DNA of 64,000 nucleotides. Source: a virus. Taxonomy: Duplodnaviria > Caudoviricetes. Below, piece by piece: positions 63,809 through 64,000 of this stretch. Made by a program: the position numbers and the translations under genes. Numbering within the stretch: the stretch's first letter is position 1; each line of letters starts with the position of its first letter. Under the pieces are notes generated by a model that was not told the origin of the DNA, did not search any database, and was given only the letters and a program-made list of their open reading frames with translations. The stretch lies in IMG/VR virus record IMGVR_UViG_3300020152_000023, positions 1,631 through 65,630 of that record. One strand, 5' to 3'.

Positions 63809-63987
63809 GTTGTTTTCCACATTTTGCGAGGATTTTGGGGGGTGATTTCTCCGAAACTCCGGGAAACGGGGCTGGGCGTGCAAGATTCCCGCGTTTACCC
63901 CTGCGGAAGTCGTTCACCCATATGGGTGAATATCCCCGTACACGTATTTAGTTACGGAGCCGAAACGAAAAACTCTGAAGCACCACG

Positions 63988-64000
63988 AGCTCGCCGCCCC
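63988..64000 (-). other. Lambda-like cohesive end (cosN) candidate at the genome terminus
   Basis: Reverse complement reads (G)GGGCGGCGAGCT-CGTGG versus lambda GGGCGGCGACCT-CGCGG; gpA-type terminase; the window ends here. Confidence 0.7.

Larger units (their letters stand above)
1..64000. mobile_element. Tailed dsDNA phage genome (Chi/BcepNazgul-like siphovirus organisation); left part probably extends beyond the window
   Basis: Continuous phage gene content. The order primase-HTH-DUF2800-DUF2815-PolA-VRR-NUC-SNF2-TerS-TerL-gpW-portal-S49-gpD-gpE-tail is the Chi-like arrangement. No host housekeeping genes; no integrase seen. Confidence 0.93.

Noticed and set aside
1-64000. Integrated prophage with att sites
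   Set aside because: No integrase, host genes or att-like junction in the window; the right edge looks like a cos terminus. Sequence left of the window cannot be assessed.

Overview
The window is most of a tailed dsDNA phage genome with the Chi/BcepNazgul-like (Casjensviridae-type) layout, in reverse orientation. The host is probably an alphaproteobacterium, judged from a GapR/DUF2312 homologue, CtrA-type boxes and CTTGAC-N17-CTATAT-type promoters. Layout: 1-18.9 kb is plus-strand early/accessory genes (DUF932, tRNA-Gln, two MazG-like, HNH-AP2, GapR-like, MT-A70 methylase). 18.9-21.3 kb is the lysis cassette and 21.7-52.3 kb the minus-strand tail, head and packaging genes (lambda-like terminase, portal, S49 protease, capsid). 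52.2-63.2 kb is the replication module (SNF2 helicase, VRR-NUC, PolA, DUF2815 SSB, DUF2800 exonuclease, HTH proteins, primase-helicase), followed by an iteron-like block and a lambda-like cos at the very end. No integrase is visible. Unexplained signals, strongest first: (1) a promoter-driven ~370-nt structured non-coding region ending in two tandem circularly permuted tRNA-like modules; (2) a G[YLF]LPxxxI peptide repeated 18 times in a fibre protein and present once at the extreme C-terminus of both the tail-tip and head-closure proteins; (3) an acidic-then-two-aliphatic C-terminal motif on 11 unrelated proteins; (4) a CCAAC-N5-GTTGG operator inside five promoters, plus a CtrA-box array; (5) a probable overprinted gene inside the primase linker. 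All family calls are from motif recognition and synteny; no database search was run.
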